Shown here: one piece after another, positions 24,552 through 37,430 of the stretch | Position numbering within the stretch: the first letter of the stretch is position 1 | Layout of the letters: each line of letters opens with the position of its first letter | Source of the DNA: Phoronis australis | Taxonomy: Eukaryota > Animalia > Phoronida | DNA length: 64,000 nucleotides | NCBI GenBank assembly: GCA_002633005.1 | Contig: NMRA01000726.1 | Location: 101,873 to 165,872 of the forward strand | Reading direction: 5' to 3' | Notes under the pieces: model-generated | The model's input: the letters and a program-made list of their open reading frames with translations, nothing else | The model's database searches: none | What the model was told of the DNA's origin: nothing | Translations under genes and position numbers: made by a program

Positions 24552-27459
24552 TCATCAGAGGAATTCTCATCTCTCACCACAGCAAGGTACACAGTACCCA
24601 GCCCAGCCATGCCTTTCATAAGAGTTATCTGAGCATGTAAACTGTTGTTAAAAGGAAGTAATGAGACTGTAATTATCTCCACCAGATTAGTTTATTGCAC
24701 TGTCTGCAGGTGATCCACCTCCCCATTCCCATTAACCCTCTCCCATTGTTGCCACCAGGTACATACCAGATGGCATTGTTGATACATGGATTACAAGACC
24801 TAAAACTCACCTTCAATGTCCCCCTATAAGAAAGCATGTGCCTTCGCTTTGGAAATCAGGCACATTTTCGCAGATCATGTCGGAAACTGGTGAAGGGCCA
24901 AGGAAATTAGAAATAAGTTTTATATCAATTAGAACTTGTTAATTTTTCCCAAATTGTCACATTAGAAAATTCTTATCGCGCACATGATGCATCAGTGCTG
25001 CCTTATGATTTGATTACTTCGATGACAGCATCATATGCCGTTTACTTCGATGTCCATTAACTACTGAAGCTGGTATGCAAGTTTCATTTAACTTCGCAGT
25101 CGACACTCCGCTGAGACCGGAGTTAAGTCAGTATGAAAGAGGTAGGGGTAGGGGAGAGCCAGGGGGGTAGGGGAGGGCCAGTAGATTTTGCTGTGATAGC
25201 TTGTTGTATTAATTTCAAGGAAATTCTTTGTTGGAGGCTTTGTTCAAAGGTCAAAGTTAATCTTACTCATTACAAGGAAATGCTTTTGTTGAAAGCTTGG
25301 TTCACTTCAAGTGTAATTGATGCAGCATTTCAACAGTAGGCAGGTCAGTTATGAATCTTTAAAATTGTCCTGGTCTAGGACCCAGTAGTCCTGTTTAATG
25401 TCTCTCGCCATTTCCAAATATTTTATTTTTCACATCCATGTTGTCAAAGTAACTTTAGAGGTATTCTTTCACACCAATGTTTTGATTTATATTTTGGGGT
25501 TCATCCCTCTTGTTTTTTGAGAATATGAGTGCCAAGTTTTGTTTGTTTAAATAAGAAAATTCATCGGGGCTGAATTAAATACTCATCAGCTGGATAACTT
25601 TTACACCGACTGCCTGTGTTGTTCATTATCAACAGTTTGTAAAGTACTAACAACAATTTACAGGTTAGAAAAAGTCGAATGCAATCGGCTGCAAATGGCT
25701 TCATGAGACACTGGAAAGGAGTAATCTCGTCCTAAATCAATGTACAGAATCAAAAAGTGCATGTGAAACCAGTCTGGGTTCATAGTTGATGTGTTGCCTG
25801 TGTTTGTGTTGCAGTTTCAAACTTTTATCTGACCAATGAGCTTACAGTAATTCAGTGGACTGACCGTGGGTTTTTCACGGTTGAACTTGTAACGGGGGCG
25901 GGGGGGGGGNTCATCAGAGGAATTCTCATCTCTCACCACAGCAAGGTACACAGTACCCAGCCCAGCCATGCCTTTCATAAGAGTTATCTGAGCATGTAAA
26001 CTGTTGTTAAAAGGAAGTAATGAGACTGTAATTATCTCCACCAGATTAGTTTATTGCACTGTCTGCAGGTGATCCACCTCCCCATTCCCATTAACCCTCT
26101 CCCATTGTTGCCACCAGGTACATACCAGATGGCATTGTTGATACATGGATTACAAGACCTAAAACTCACCTTCAATGTCCCCCTATAAGAAAGCATGTGC
26201 CTTCGCTTTGGAAATCAGGCACATTTTCGCAGATCATGTCGGAAACTGGTGAAGGGCCAAGGAAATTAGAAATAAGTTTTATATCAATTAGAACTTGTTA
26301 ATTTTTCCCAAATTGTCACATTAGAAAATTCTTATCGCGCACATGATGCATCAGTGCTGACTTATGATTCGATTACTTCGATGACAACAGCATCATATGC
26401 CGTTTACTTCGATGTCCATTAACTACTGAAGCTGGTATGCAAGTTTCATTTAACTTCGCAGTCGACGCTCCGCTGAGACCGGAGTTCAGTCAGTATGAAA
26501 GAGGTAGGGGTAGGGGAGAGCCAGGGGGTAGGGGAGGTTCGGAGGGGAGACCTATATGCCAATACATAAGGAACACTATTGACATGCCATTTTTAGGGCC
26601 TGATAAGTATTTTTCTTTCATTCTTAATTGTTATGACCTTCCCTCCTACAACACCCCAGATCTGTTGTGTACCCCTGTGTACCCCTGTTGTGTACCCCTG
26701 TGTACCCCTGTTGTGTATCCCTGTGCCTGTAGATTTTGCTGTGATAGCATGTTGTATTAATTTCAAGGAAATTCTTTGTTGGAGGCTTTGTTCAAAGGTC
26801 AAAGTTAATCTTACTCATTACAAGGAAATGCTTTTGTTGAAAGCTTGGTTCAATGTAGTTGTTTGTATCTCACTTCAAGTGTAATTGATGCTGCATTTCA
26901 ACAGTAGGCAGGTCAGTTATGAATCTTTAAAATTGTCCTGGTCTAGGACCCAATAGTCCTGTTTAATGTCCCTCGCCATTTCCAAATATTTTATTTTTCA
27001 CATCCATGTCAAAGTAACTTTAGAAGTATTCTTTCTCACCAATGTTTTGATTTATATTTTGGGGTTCATTCCTCTTGTTTTTTGAGAATATGAGTGCCAA
27101 GTTTTGTTTGTTTAAACAAGAAAATTCATCGGGGCTGAATTAAATACTCATCAGTTGGATAACTTTTACACTGCCTGTGTTGTTCATTTTCAACAGTTTA
27201 TAAAGTACTAACAACAATTTACAGGTTAGAAAAAGTCAAATGCAATCGGCTGCAAATGGCTTCATGAGACACTGGATAGGAGTAATCTGGTCCTAAATCG
27301 ATGTACAGATTCAAAAGGTGCATGTGAAACCAGTCTGGGTTCATAGTTAATGTGTTGCCTGTGTTTGTGTTGCAGTTTCAAACTTTTATCTGACCAATGA
27401 GCTTACAGTAATTCAGTGGACTGACCGTGGGTTTTTCACGGTTGAACCTGTAACGGGGG
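24552..27459. other. Direct duplication 24552-25909 / 25911-27459 bounded by Ns at 25910 and 27460
   Basis: Both copies end in a G run followed by N; ~190-bp indel at about 26537-26728. Confidence 0.9.
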
Positions 27460-29963
27460 NGTGGAACTCTTTTGTGTAACGAAAGCAGGAAAGTAATGTC
27501 CGCTCTATAAAATCTCAATTCTTGGACATGATTGGTCAGGCTAATGGTGACTATCTCTAATGTGCTTCCAAGATGTTCCGTTTTAAAATTTATGGAGGTT
27601 TTTTGGGCACCGAAATCATGTTATTTCAAATGCATTAGCAAAAAATAAAATGCCTCATACCTGACCATCCACATCAGGTGAATTGTAGGTAATTGTCCCA
27701 GAGAACATTTTTCTTACAAAGAAGTAAATCCATTCAATGACAGTTTTGTTCCAGGGATCACTCACTCTGGTGTCATAGAACTGTTATAAACAATATTGTT
27801 TGGATCTGCCACCAACCTCAATGCAGGGTTTGTTGTTATTTACTGAAGGCTAATCTGTGAGGGATTAGCTACTGTTGTCAACAGTGACATTTCAATAGAC
27901 AGCACTGCATGAAAGCTTGGTCACTTGCTAATCTGCACAATACTATCTTGGAAGTGTGAATACAAACAATGTCCCCTCAGGCTCTATGACATCATTTGGC
28001 GCCATTATGTGGCATATTGGCATTTGAATGGTTAGCACTGCTTCTAATCCCTGGTAGGAGCTTGTGATTGGTTGAAATTAATTATAAACTGCAAACACAA
28101 ACACAGTTTTGGTGCATACATGTGTTGTAAGCATGTGTTTATTGTTGCTTCTGCTGGCTTGCTAGAGAGTTGTGCAATCTAGAGCTCATCAGTTGTGCAG
28201 GTTTTTCTCTGGGAAAGTAAAGCAAACCAGGTAGATATGTTAATGGTGACAATGACTGGAGATGACAGTTAATGAATTGGTGTTTTATTTTTTCAAAGTT
28301 AAAATTCCTGCTTTATTTTTACTGGTTTTGAAGCACAATGAGTGAGGTTTTGGATAATGATTGACTGAAACATTCTAACAACCAACATTTGCAGGTTACC
28401 GATTCCGTGGTTAGCATGGTTTCTGGTCTACACTGCTTGGAAAACCTGGAAACCTGGAAAGTGATTTCCTTCATGGAAAATTTATGGAAATTTTTTGAGA
28501 GAAAGAAGTCATGGATAATTTTAGTGACAGATATACGTTTTCAATAAGGAGGGGTTAGGATTCGCGCGAATGAGAGGCGCGTAGCTCAAAGCGGGCAGAG
28601 GTCGGGAGTGTATTTTCCCCCTTCCCGTGTAAGATTTTTTTGGTTTTTGTAGCTTATTTTGTTTTCTTGGCAACGTTTTTCTTTTAATTTTTATTGAAAC
28701 CTGAATAGGTAATATGAGAACTGAAAGATTATTTAGTAAGCTTGGTCATAACTCAAGATGGTTTTTGCTATGCCATTGCGTATGTTTGGCTTCGGAATAA
28801 ACTACATTTTGATATTGTTCTTTTTCAAGACATTTTGCACAATTTATTCTCAAAGCAGTTATGGATCTGTATGAGATAAGAGAATAAGTTAAATCTTTCT
28901 AAAAGTCACTACTTCTAAATTGAATAGTTTTGTTTTCTACATATTTAATGGCATGGTTATAAAAATTGATTTGACTCGGTAAATTCTACAAAACTTTATG
29001 TAAAACTGGTATAAAAACCCACATTCTGCCAAAGTTGCTATGGTGAAGTGTCACCAGTTTCAGTCAAAAATAATTGCCAAATTTGTGCTTTTCATTTTCA
29101 AGGCTTCAGACATTATCGTGACTACCCACAATTTTTCAAAATATTGGCTGTTGGTTGCTATGGTGCAGAGCCAGGCAAACCATCGCCTGGTGCTGTTTAA
29201 AATTCATGAAAAAAATCAAAAAAATCTACCATTAATTTTGTCTACCATATTGTATCCTAAATTGGTGAAAATTTACATTAACTTTTACGGTCTTTGATTT
29301 ATGACCAATCTGTTTTAGCCCTTTTCCTTTAAAAGAACTAAATTCATACCAAAATCGTTTTCGGCCACAACCAAAAGTTTGCCTGCTAGATGGGATTTTC
29401 GTTTAAGTGATAAAAACATGTAACTGTCATCGCTGAAAATTGTTTAGGAAAAATTGTTTATATTGTTTACTGTGTTTTACAAGGTCAGATTGAAGGTCAT
29501 CTGCTATATAGTTGGCGAGGTGGCAAATACCGAGCTTAACTTGCCAGTGCCTGCACATCTGAAATGACATTTTCTAGCAATAGTGACTTCTCAAGTAAAC
29601 TAGATACGACATTGCAACTGATGGCTCTCCAAAGTTATAGATAAATGCCTACGTAAGGTTGTAAGACCCTATAAAGTCGGCCAAATTTGGCTGACTTTGG
29701 AACACCATGTCTCAGAAAGGGCTATGTAATCCTGGACTTTCCTGTTGTAAATATTCTTTTGCATTTGTGACTGGCGAGAACACGCGCTTACAAAATATGC
29801 TGGGAGGTCGGTCAGCAGCTTGTTAAGTTATTTTTTTGAAAATTCGATCTGGAAAATACTTTTTCATTTCCTCGCCCCGTGAGTAACAATTTTGGTACTT
29901 TGTCCGCTGTATTATTTCTGAAAATCTGAAACTAGCATAATATATGACGTTGCCATTTTTCAG

Positions 29964-30438
29964 CTTCACAAACATGCATCTGGTATTGGTCCGTGAGGGC
30001 TATACGCCCATACACGTGCCGGACGTGACCTTGAGTGAGGGTCACACATTGTCGGTAGGGGGCGTGGAGGCTGACACAACAGACATCGAGCCTGCTCAGT
30101 GGTTTAAAACGCTTATCATGGACTATATGACGATTGACTGCAGCAAACGAATCGTGAAGTGGAGCATGGAGCAATCGGAATCGAGCTTGGAAGAATCCGT
30201 GTCCGAGCAACTGAAACGCAATTCCCGCGTTCTTTTCAGCGAGGGCGAGTTCTATGACTTCGAAGCCCGAAGTGACGAATTGTTCGACTCCATCGCAGAG
30301 GTGTTCGATCGTCATGGCCAGTCGACCCTAGCAGAGATAAGCCCATTATTGTTGAGAGCTCTCCATTGTCATATCCTACCAAACGTTAATCTGAACCAGG
30401 ATGACATTCCAAAGTTGGAGGAAGCTATGATAAAGCAG
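29964..30438 (+). CDS. VPS9-domain gene copy 2, exon A (candidate start ATG at 29974)
   Basis: tttttcag|c acceptor and aagcag|gtgagt donor; paralogous to 1695-2160. Confidence 0.85.
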
Positions 30439-33400
30439 GTGAGTCTGAGGGTTGTATTTAGCTAAAATACACGAAGACGTACATCTATATTACAAACAGT
30501 TAATAAATCCGTTTTCCGTACAAGAAGTGAACATTTTGATTTAGACCATGTGCCATAATATATTGCAGTGTTGGTCGTAACACTTTCCTTCTGCTCAAAT
30601 GAAAAGCGATGTCTGGGTTTGCAAGTAATTGGTACTTTATTACTTGTTGCGATCTTGCTTGTTGCATTACGCCAACACATTGATCTCGTGCTGAAAATTC
30701 AGCGAAGGGTCAGCTCATTCAAAGCCCTGAAATTTTCTTCAAGCGTGAAATTGTCTTCAAGCGTGAAATTGTCTTCAACACGACTATGGCATGGGGCAAT
30801 TGAAGGTCAATTTCATAAGCATAAGAAGCCACTTTTTGTGATAGAAGGCAAGTTTATATTTTACAGCCGCTTCAGTGCTGAGCCTGGAACTTTAAAATGA
30901 TGCACTATTTATTGGTCTACTTGTCTTCAATGCAGAATATGAAAAAATAAACTGCGTTCTTATTTTTCATATTTTGTCTTACAGTTAGTATTACTGTCTG
31001 TGCAATTTTACTATCATTGGCCTTTCCATGTTCACTCTGTGTTCTTGTGGTATCACAATAGGGCATGAAAATGAAACTTCTCGTGTCAATCCATGGCCCT
31101 CAATATCTGGAGTTTGGGGCCGATATTCGTTCCCCTCTGACAAATATTGAAAAATCATGCGAAGCTCCCCTCCTGAGTCCCAAAAATTACTTTCAAGTTA
31201 TGTTTTTGCCTGGGGTGCAGCTGGAAAGTTTGGACACCCACCCATTTACAGAATAGACTAGAAAAAGGGACCCACTTAATGTGAATAAGTCGTCTCTTTG
31301 GTATTGCACCAGCAACACCGCCAGATTAGAGGGTTTCTCGTGCCACAAACCTATAAGCTGTATTATTGACTGTTTTTAATTTGATGCCTGTCGGCTCAAA
31401 AGGTTTTGTAATTTTGTCAAATATTAGTCCATCTTTGCAAAAGAAATTTTGATTTTAAAACCCTCTGTAAGTTTTTATGTTGAAAAGATGCCTTTTGTAG
31501 AACCTATGTAACTCCCAAAGTGAACCCTTTTGTAAGGATTAATTTCGTTACAAGTAATTTCTGTTGGAAAAAGTATGTTTTGTAGAAAAATTGTTCATGA
31601 AAAAGTAACATTTATATTAGTATCACATCCTGTATGTTCCTCTAGTATACTGTATGGGAGCCCCCCCCCTCAAGGTAAAGCCAGGGTGCAGTTGAGGATG
31701 GTCATCATTTCCTGTTGTCTTGTCAGTTGATATTATTACTCACTGTCAGAGGGAGACAACTCTGACTAATGCTCACACTCTTGTGATACCAACAACTTCA
31801 GCTCCATGTAAGACAGAGGTCATGTATGATGGTTTCATACACTCACTGAAGCATCAGTCTAGCCACAATTAAAACCAATTTTCAATGTCAGTTTGAGTTG
31901 AAACTTTGGCATTGGTATTTATAAAACTAGTTTCATTTACTGCGTGACTTGGAGGAAGAGACGAATCACTGAAATTAATGCTAGTGTTGCAGTGTTGCAA
32001 CATATGGACTCTACTGATATAGCATAACTTATTTTTAATGTGGGTGAATCTGAGTTATCACAAAGGGGGCAAGCACAGTTTTCTAAGGTAAAATATAACC
32101 TCAGTTATGTTTTTGTCGAGTCCATGATAGAGGGTGTCAGGTCTATGGTGCCCCCTTTTATCAAAGTATTGTTAGACATGTATATGGTAAAATTCTCCAT
32201 TGAAATTGAAGCTGAAATTTAAATGTGATCTTGATACTGAAGACTGTCGGTCACGGTCAAATTTTTCGTTTATCTTATTTCTTAAATATCAGATGTTTCG
32301 TGTATCAACAAAGTCTGGTGAAAAACAAAGAAAATATTAACAAAATTCATGCAATTTTTGAATTTTGAACAGCCAATGTTCACTATAAGTTCTAAAGTTT
32401 GGTACACGGTCTGGTGTTAGTAAAATAATTGATTTATCACAGTGTCCCACACACTGGAACTTTTAACATAATATGAAACAATGCAATCGAACATGCTAAC
32501 GAAGGTAATTATTGCCACACATATACATAAAAACCGATAGACTAAACACATGTCTCGATCAAAGTGCATTGAAGTTTTAGCCAGTTCCAAAATCCACTTC
32601 TATATAGTCGCTTCTCTCATTTAGTCTTGTAACAATTATGTTTGAATGTGATTTATTTGAGCCAGGCAGCCTTTTGTTTAGTTTAATATCGTCTTTATTT
32701 GCATTTTTTCCAATGTGTTATATCTTAAATCTACCTTATGTGTGCGCATAAGAATTACTGTACAGATTGTCCAATACAGTTTTCGTTTATCACTGTTACT
32801 ACAGTACCTGGTATTCTATGTGACAAACCAAAGTGGGTTGCTGAGTGTTTCGACAATTTTTCTGGCTCAAGCTCTAAATGGTGCGTTATTTAGAGAAGGA
32901 ACATGTCTGATTTGGTTGTCAATTTCATTTCACTTTGTCCCTGTTTGTGTTTTGACATGTACCGTATTCATCGTAATAACCAACCAGGGCGCTTTGAAAA
33001 GTTTGGTTCAGTGGGGGCGCTTATTATAACCCAAGGCGGTTGAAACCCGGTCTCTGAAACGGGTGAAATTGGAAGCTAATATTCATCAAATTTACGCTCT
33101 GTGACGTATCTGTAATCTATGAAAGACTTTCAACAAAACTGTGGTGCATTGCTATCAAACTTTGCAGCTAAATTACGACCATTTTACAGAAAATTGTGCT
33201 GACATCGTAAGGCGAAAACTCGCAGACTGACTGCCTCGAAATCGCCGTCTTCGATATGGCGACTTCAATGCTTGAATAAAAATAGTTCAACTTGCTCTGT
33301 GTCGGTCGTGTTTACACACACACTTGCGGCCGAGCTATTCTGTTGCAGTTACTCCTTGACAACTGACTCTTGTATAAGGGCGTTGTGTAAACACGGTTCT

Positions 33401-33657
33401 GTGATGATCATCTGGTTATGAATATTAAAAGTGACCAGACCATGACTTTTGTTTTATTTCAATTTAAAACAAGTGTTTGAACTTAAGTCCAACTGTTGTT
33501 GTTTATTTTGTGTCAATTATGTTGGTATAGGTCATAGGCTATAGGTTCTCACCCTTTTTGATGGCACTTCATTCTCAGTTTTATTTTGGGGGAAATCCTG
33601 CGGGATGGTTGGTTTTCAAATTGACTAAAAGTCAAATTTCAAATGTCTAAGAACTTA

Positions 33658-33760
33658 CCGTAAACGTTCGGGTTAACGCCCATGCTCAGTTAACTGCCCA
33701 CCCCCAATTTTTTGGGTTTGCCAATTTAACCGCCCAGGGCGTTAACCCAAACGTTTACGG
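33658..33760. mobile_element. 103-bp MITE, internal-deletion derivative of the 11571-12404 family, opposite orientation
   Basis: ta|ccgtaaacgttcgggttaacgccc ... gggcgttaacccaaacgtttacgg|ta; each half matches the reverse complement of one end of the longer element. Confidence 0.9.
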
Positions 33761-34470
33761 TAAGTGCTTCAAGCCCTGTCAACTAATTTTTGTGCAATGT
33801 GTCCAACCATGTGGCTTGCGCACGTCTGATGTACCGCAAATGACATCAGGCCAACCACCTGTACTCTCTTACATTTTGGTGTGTGCTATTGCTTTTAAAA
33901 ATATTAATTTGGCTGTGAACTAAATGTTGGAAATTTGCCATCTGGGTGGGGGGTGACTCCCCAACTCTGGTTGGTTCGTGACCTCCGGGAGAATGGGGGG
34001 TGTATAACTCACCAACTCTAGTCAGCACTTCACACTATCTGGTAAAGTTTCTGGGGTGCGTTTCGGTTTCCCTGGCGTCGTCTCGTGTGGATAAATGAAA
34101 GAAGGTCCATCAGTCAACCAAGATTATATGCACTCTTGCAACTTAAACCACTTCATAAAACTGGTCTGTAATTGTTCCCCAGTCAAATTAAATATGATTT
34201 GTGGTCTTGGAAAGAACTGACTCGCAGTTCATTATTGCTGGAGATGAGGTCGAATGAGTTGGCTAATGTCATGGCAGGTCATTTTATGGGCCATTCAGGT
34301 GATAATTTTTGCATTTCTTGTGTGAAATAAGTGATTAGTTGTCACAATCCACTTCTTGGGCTTTGTAAATTTTGATGGGGAAGCTATTTTTGACATACAA
34401 ACGATGTAAATGAAAAATAGTGATAAAACATTCGACTGCATGTTCTGATAATTGACTGTACATTTTTCAG

Positions 34471-35049
34471 CAACTGCTCATCAACAAGTTGGAAGAGCGC
34501 GTGGAGGAACTGACCAAGGTAATTAGTCTACACGACAACTGCCTTCTCAAACATCGCAATAAGATGGTCGATGATCTGTACAAAAACCCTGGTGACGTGG
34601 TGAACTTTGACCAAGAAATCCTTGAGATACTGAAGGGGCACGTGTCTCGTGACTGCCAGCGAATCGGACTAGAATTGGAGCAACTACAAAATGCTGTGGT
34701 TCGTGCAAAACAGAAAGTTGAGAATTCTCCTGGCAACGAACAGCTGCAGTGGGATATGAGGCAGAAACGAGCGACACGTGACGCGTTCTATGAGGACAAA
34801 TACCTCAAAGTAATCAATGTGAGGGAGACTTTATCTGAGAGAATTTCCCTGTGTAAGAGGGCAACAACTTTGCCACCAAGCTCGGGGAAGTACAAGCGGC
34901 GCCATCTGGATATTTGGTCTAAGAAGCCGAAGTCATTGTCTAAAGCGACTGCGAATCAGAAAATACGTTTGCTGCATAATTTGTATGCGAAGACATCACA
35001 AATACAGGCAGACGCCAAGGATCAAATCAAGAACCTTGTGACGAGAAAG
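34471..35049 (+). CDS. VPS9-domain gene copy 2, exon B
   Basis: catttttcag|caa acceptor and aag|gtatgc donor; 579 nt, phase 0-0; paralogous to 5007-5582. Confidence 0.85.
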
Positions 35050-35663
35050 GTATGCCGTGTCTTTTTAGGGCATTCCTCTTGTTCTTCAAATCCACGCAGG
35101 AGATTTTGCTTGTTTGAGAGATTGTCAATTTCTTAATTAAGAACTATTGCTCATCTTAAGACTGAGTTTGATGACTTTTTGTGCGTCACTCCAGTACTGT
35201 TTTCAAGGTGAACTGAATGTATGGAAATGAGTTTTAACTTTGACAAAGTTATCAGTCGGTCAAGGTCTTGCAAGTATCATAGAAACTGAAACGAGTGTAG
35301 GCTGGGTTACTTTTATTAATTTATAAATCCTAGCAAACTTGTTGGATGTGCTGTTATCAGCTTGCATGTTGTAAATTATTAATTTTATCACCTCTAGTTT
35401 CAACTGTTTTACTAAAGCTTTCTTCAATTACTTTCAACCATGTGGCCTGGCTGTGGCTGCAGATAAGGGATACAATTTACAGCAGCCGTACTGGTGGACC
35501 CTGTCCATTATCAACTGTCTGAAAATTGAGCTTCACAATATGTTTGCCATTGGTTACAATTAATGTTTACTGGCGGTATTTTTAAAAACTGGTAGTGGTG
35601 GTGGGGGTGGTACTCCAACAGCGCACCCTGTTGCCTCAGTTAGTGACTATCCGTTCCTTACAG

Positions 35664-35944
35664 GTGCTGATGGTGAGTGTGAAGGAAGCCATCGCTATGA
35701 CAATCAGGGACCTCCAGAGCGAGGAACAGACGGTTGGCCTGGCCACAGAGCATGGTTACTCATGCACGTATCCCACTGATGTGCTGAATCGCACCACAAT
35801 CCCTTCCGATTGGCTCACATTCGAGGACCGAGTCACCTCAATGGTTACCGATGAAAGTCACGTGGTTGGCGCTATGCACTCCGCATTCTGTCAATTAGTT
35901 GCCACCACCTGCACAGATGCGTACCAAGAGGACGAATATTACAG
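35664..35944 (+). CDS. VPS9-domain gene copy 2, exon C
   Basis: ccttacag|gtg acceptor and tacag|gtaaat donor; 281 nt; paralogous to 7335-7615. Confidence 0.85.
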
Positions 35945-36361
35945 GTAAATGCTGTCTGGTGTTGTTTTTGTTCTCACATGCACACATCCATTCGGGGGTT
36001 TAGCTCACAAGCACTTTTCTATTGTCCAGTTCACCTGATAAATACCATCAACTCTTCATTGTGACTATCACAAGCTGATGGTAGGTAGCCAGTTTTCTTT
36101 CGAACCCACTGTACATTTGGTGTAAAAAATCCATTTCTATCTCCAACAAAATATGTGGCCAAATCAACATCGCACTGATGCCAGCCTTCCAATCATGTGT
36201 CAGTCCCACAATGCATCTGCCGATGTCTACGACATCTGTTGTTTATAGTGGAAACTACAACATAGCTACTGTATTGAAAGTTGTACTCGGTGCACCTGTG
36301 CCATCTTCATGAGACACCAGCACACCCATGTTCACAGTCAACCACACTGTTTGACCGGTCT

Positions 36362-36434
36362 GTCCTGATGGCTCAGTGGTTACAGCACTTGCAGGATTAA
36401 CAGAAGGTCCTGGGTTCGAATCCCGGTCATGGGC
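36362..36434 (+). mobile_element. tRNA-derived SINE head or tRNA pseudogene
   Basis: A box tggctcagtgg and B box ggttcgaatccc; T stem pairs, but the anticodon arm does not and the acceptor stem is bulged. Confidence 0.7.
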
Positions 36435-36634
36435 AGAAATCTTCAGACCTATGTTCATGTGATGTGGCCAACAGGTGGCGTGCATAGTTGAATATGGCTG
36501 TACATATTTACCTTAACAAGTTCCCTTGTAATTAGCATTTGACGATGTGTGAGCTCAGTGAAGTTGTAAAGGGGAATAGCTAGCTCCTGGCTATAGTTAA
36601 TGCACAGGTCCATTGGATTAATACTTTCAATGAA

Positions 36635-36842
36635 AATAACGTAGAAAATAAATCTGAAACTAAATAAGGCGATCCAGATCCTCCCAAGGATACTATTGTT
36701 TCATGAAATGTAGAATATAAATAGGTAAATAAAACAACAAGAATAGATCAACTGAAATTTTCGGATGTTATAACGTCCTTTGTCAACAGAAACAGGAATA
36801 AAGTAAAATCAAACACTATATGACAATTGACATTTAAGATAT
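36635..36842 (+). repeat. Dispersed repeat, direct copy of about 13064-13278
   Basis: Shared aaataacgtagaaaa..tctgaaactaaataaggcgatccagatc..ggatactattgtttcatgaaatg..tgacaattgacat. Confidence 0.9.
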
Positions 36843-36902
36843 GGTGTAATGAGTATGATACATTTTTGCGTAAAAAATTCAATGATATGTTTTAAGAAGT
36901 TT

Positions 36903-36989
36903 TTATGTTCAATCCATGAGGTTCTATTGTATTGAGCTTGTCTATCCATAATTATGTTCAATCCATGAGGTTTTATTGTATTGAGCTTG
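36903..36989. repeat. Short tandem duplication (ttatgttcaatccatgaggtt.tattgtattgagcttg x2)
   Basis: Direct reading. Confidence 0.85.
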
Positions 36990-37430
36990 AAATGAAATTT
37001 AAAAGGATAAAAATGATGTCGATTTTAATGTAAAAAATTTTATTTCATATCATATCTACACAGTACAAACCAAGGTAACGACAGAGTAAAAATATTCTAT
37101 TGCGAAAATCATTGAAAGATGCAATGTTGCAGTGTTATCCTTTGGTCAGTTGGAATTGACCAGTGTAATATGCTGAGCCCTACTCACAACTGGTCAGTAC
37201 TAAGATGTTACGCAACTGCTAATGCGGTGGTGCATATTTATTGCAACATACCGTCGCAACTTGTACGTACATGTAATAGATAATGTTCACACTAATCGGC
37301 CATCTTAGTAAGCCATAAAAATCTGAAGTTACAACAGACGTAATTATGACTAGGTGTACAAAGTTAGGTGAAACCGGCCGGTGCCATTTTACGTGATTAG
37401 TCATGGTAATGTTGTGTTACTCTTTACCAG

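Noticed and set aside
25141-25178. G-quadruplex-like G-run tracts (also about 22832-22858 and 26502-26548)
   Set aside because: No functional context; such tracts are common in repeats.
23153-27460. Recent biological tandem duplications (also 49464-50568)
   Set aside because: Each junction is a single N at the exact copy boundary, typical of unmerged overlapping contig ends or haplotypes.
36362-36434. Functional tRNA gene
   Set aside because: The anticodon stem does not pair and the acceptor stem is bulged.
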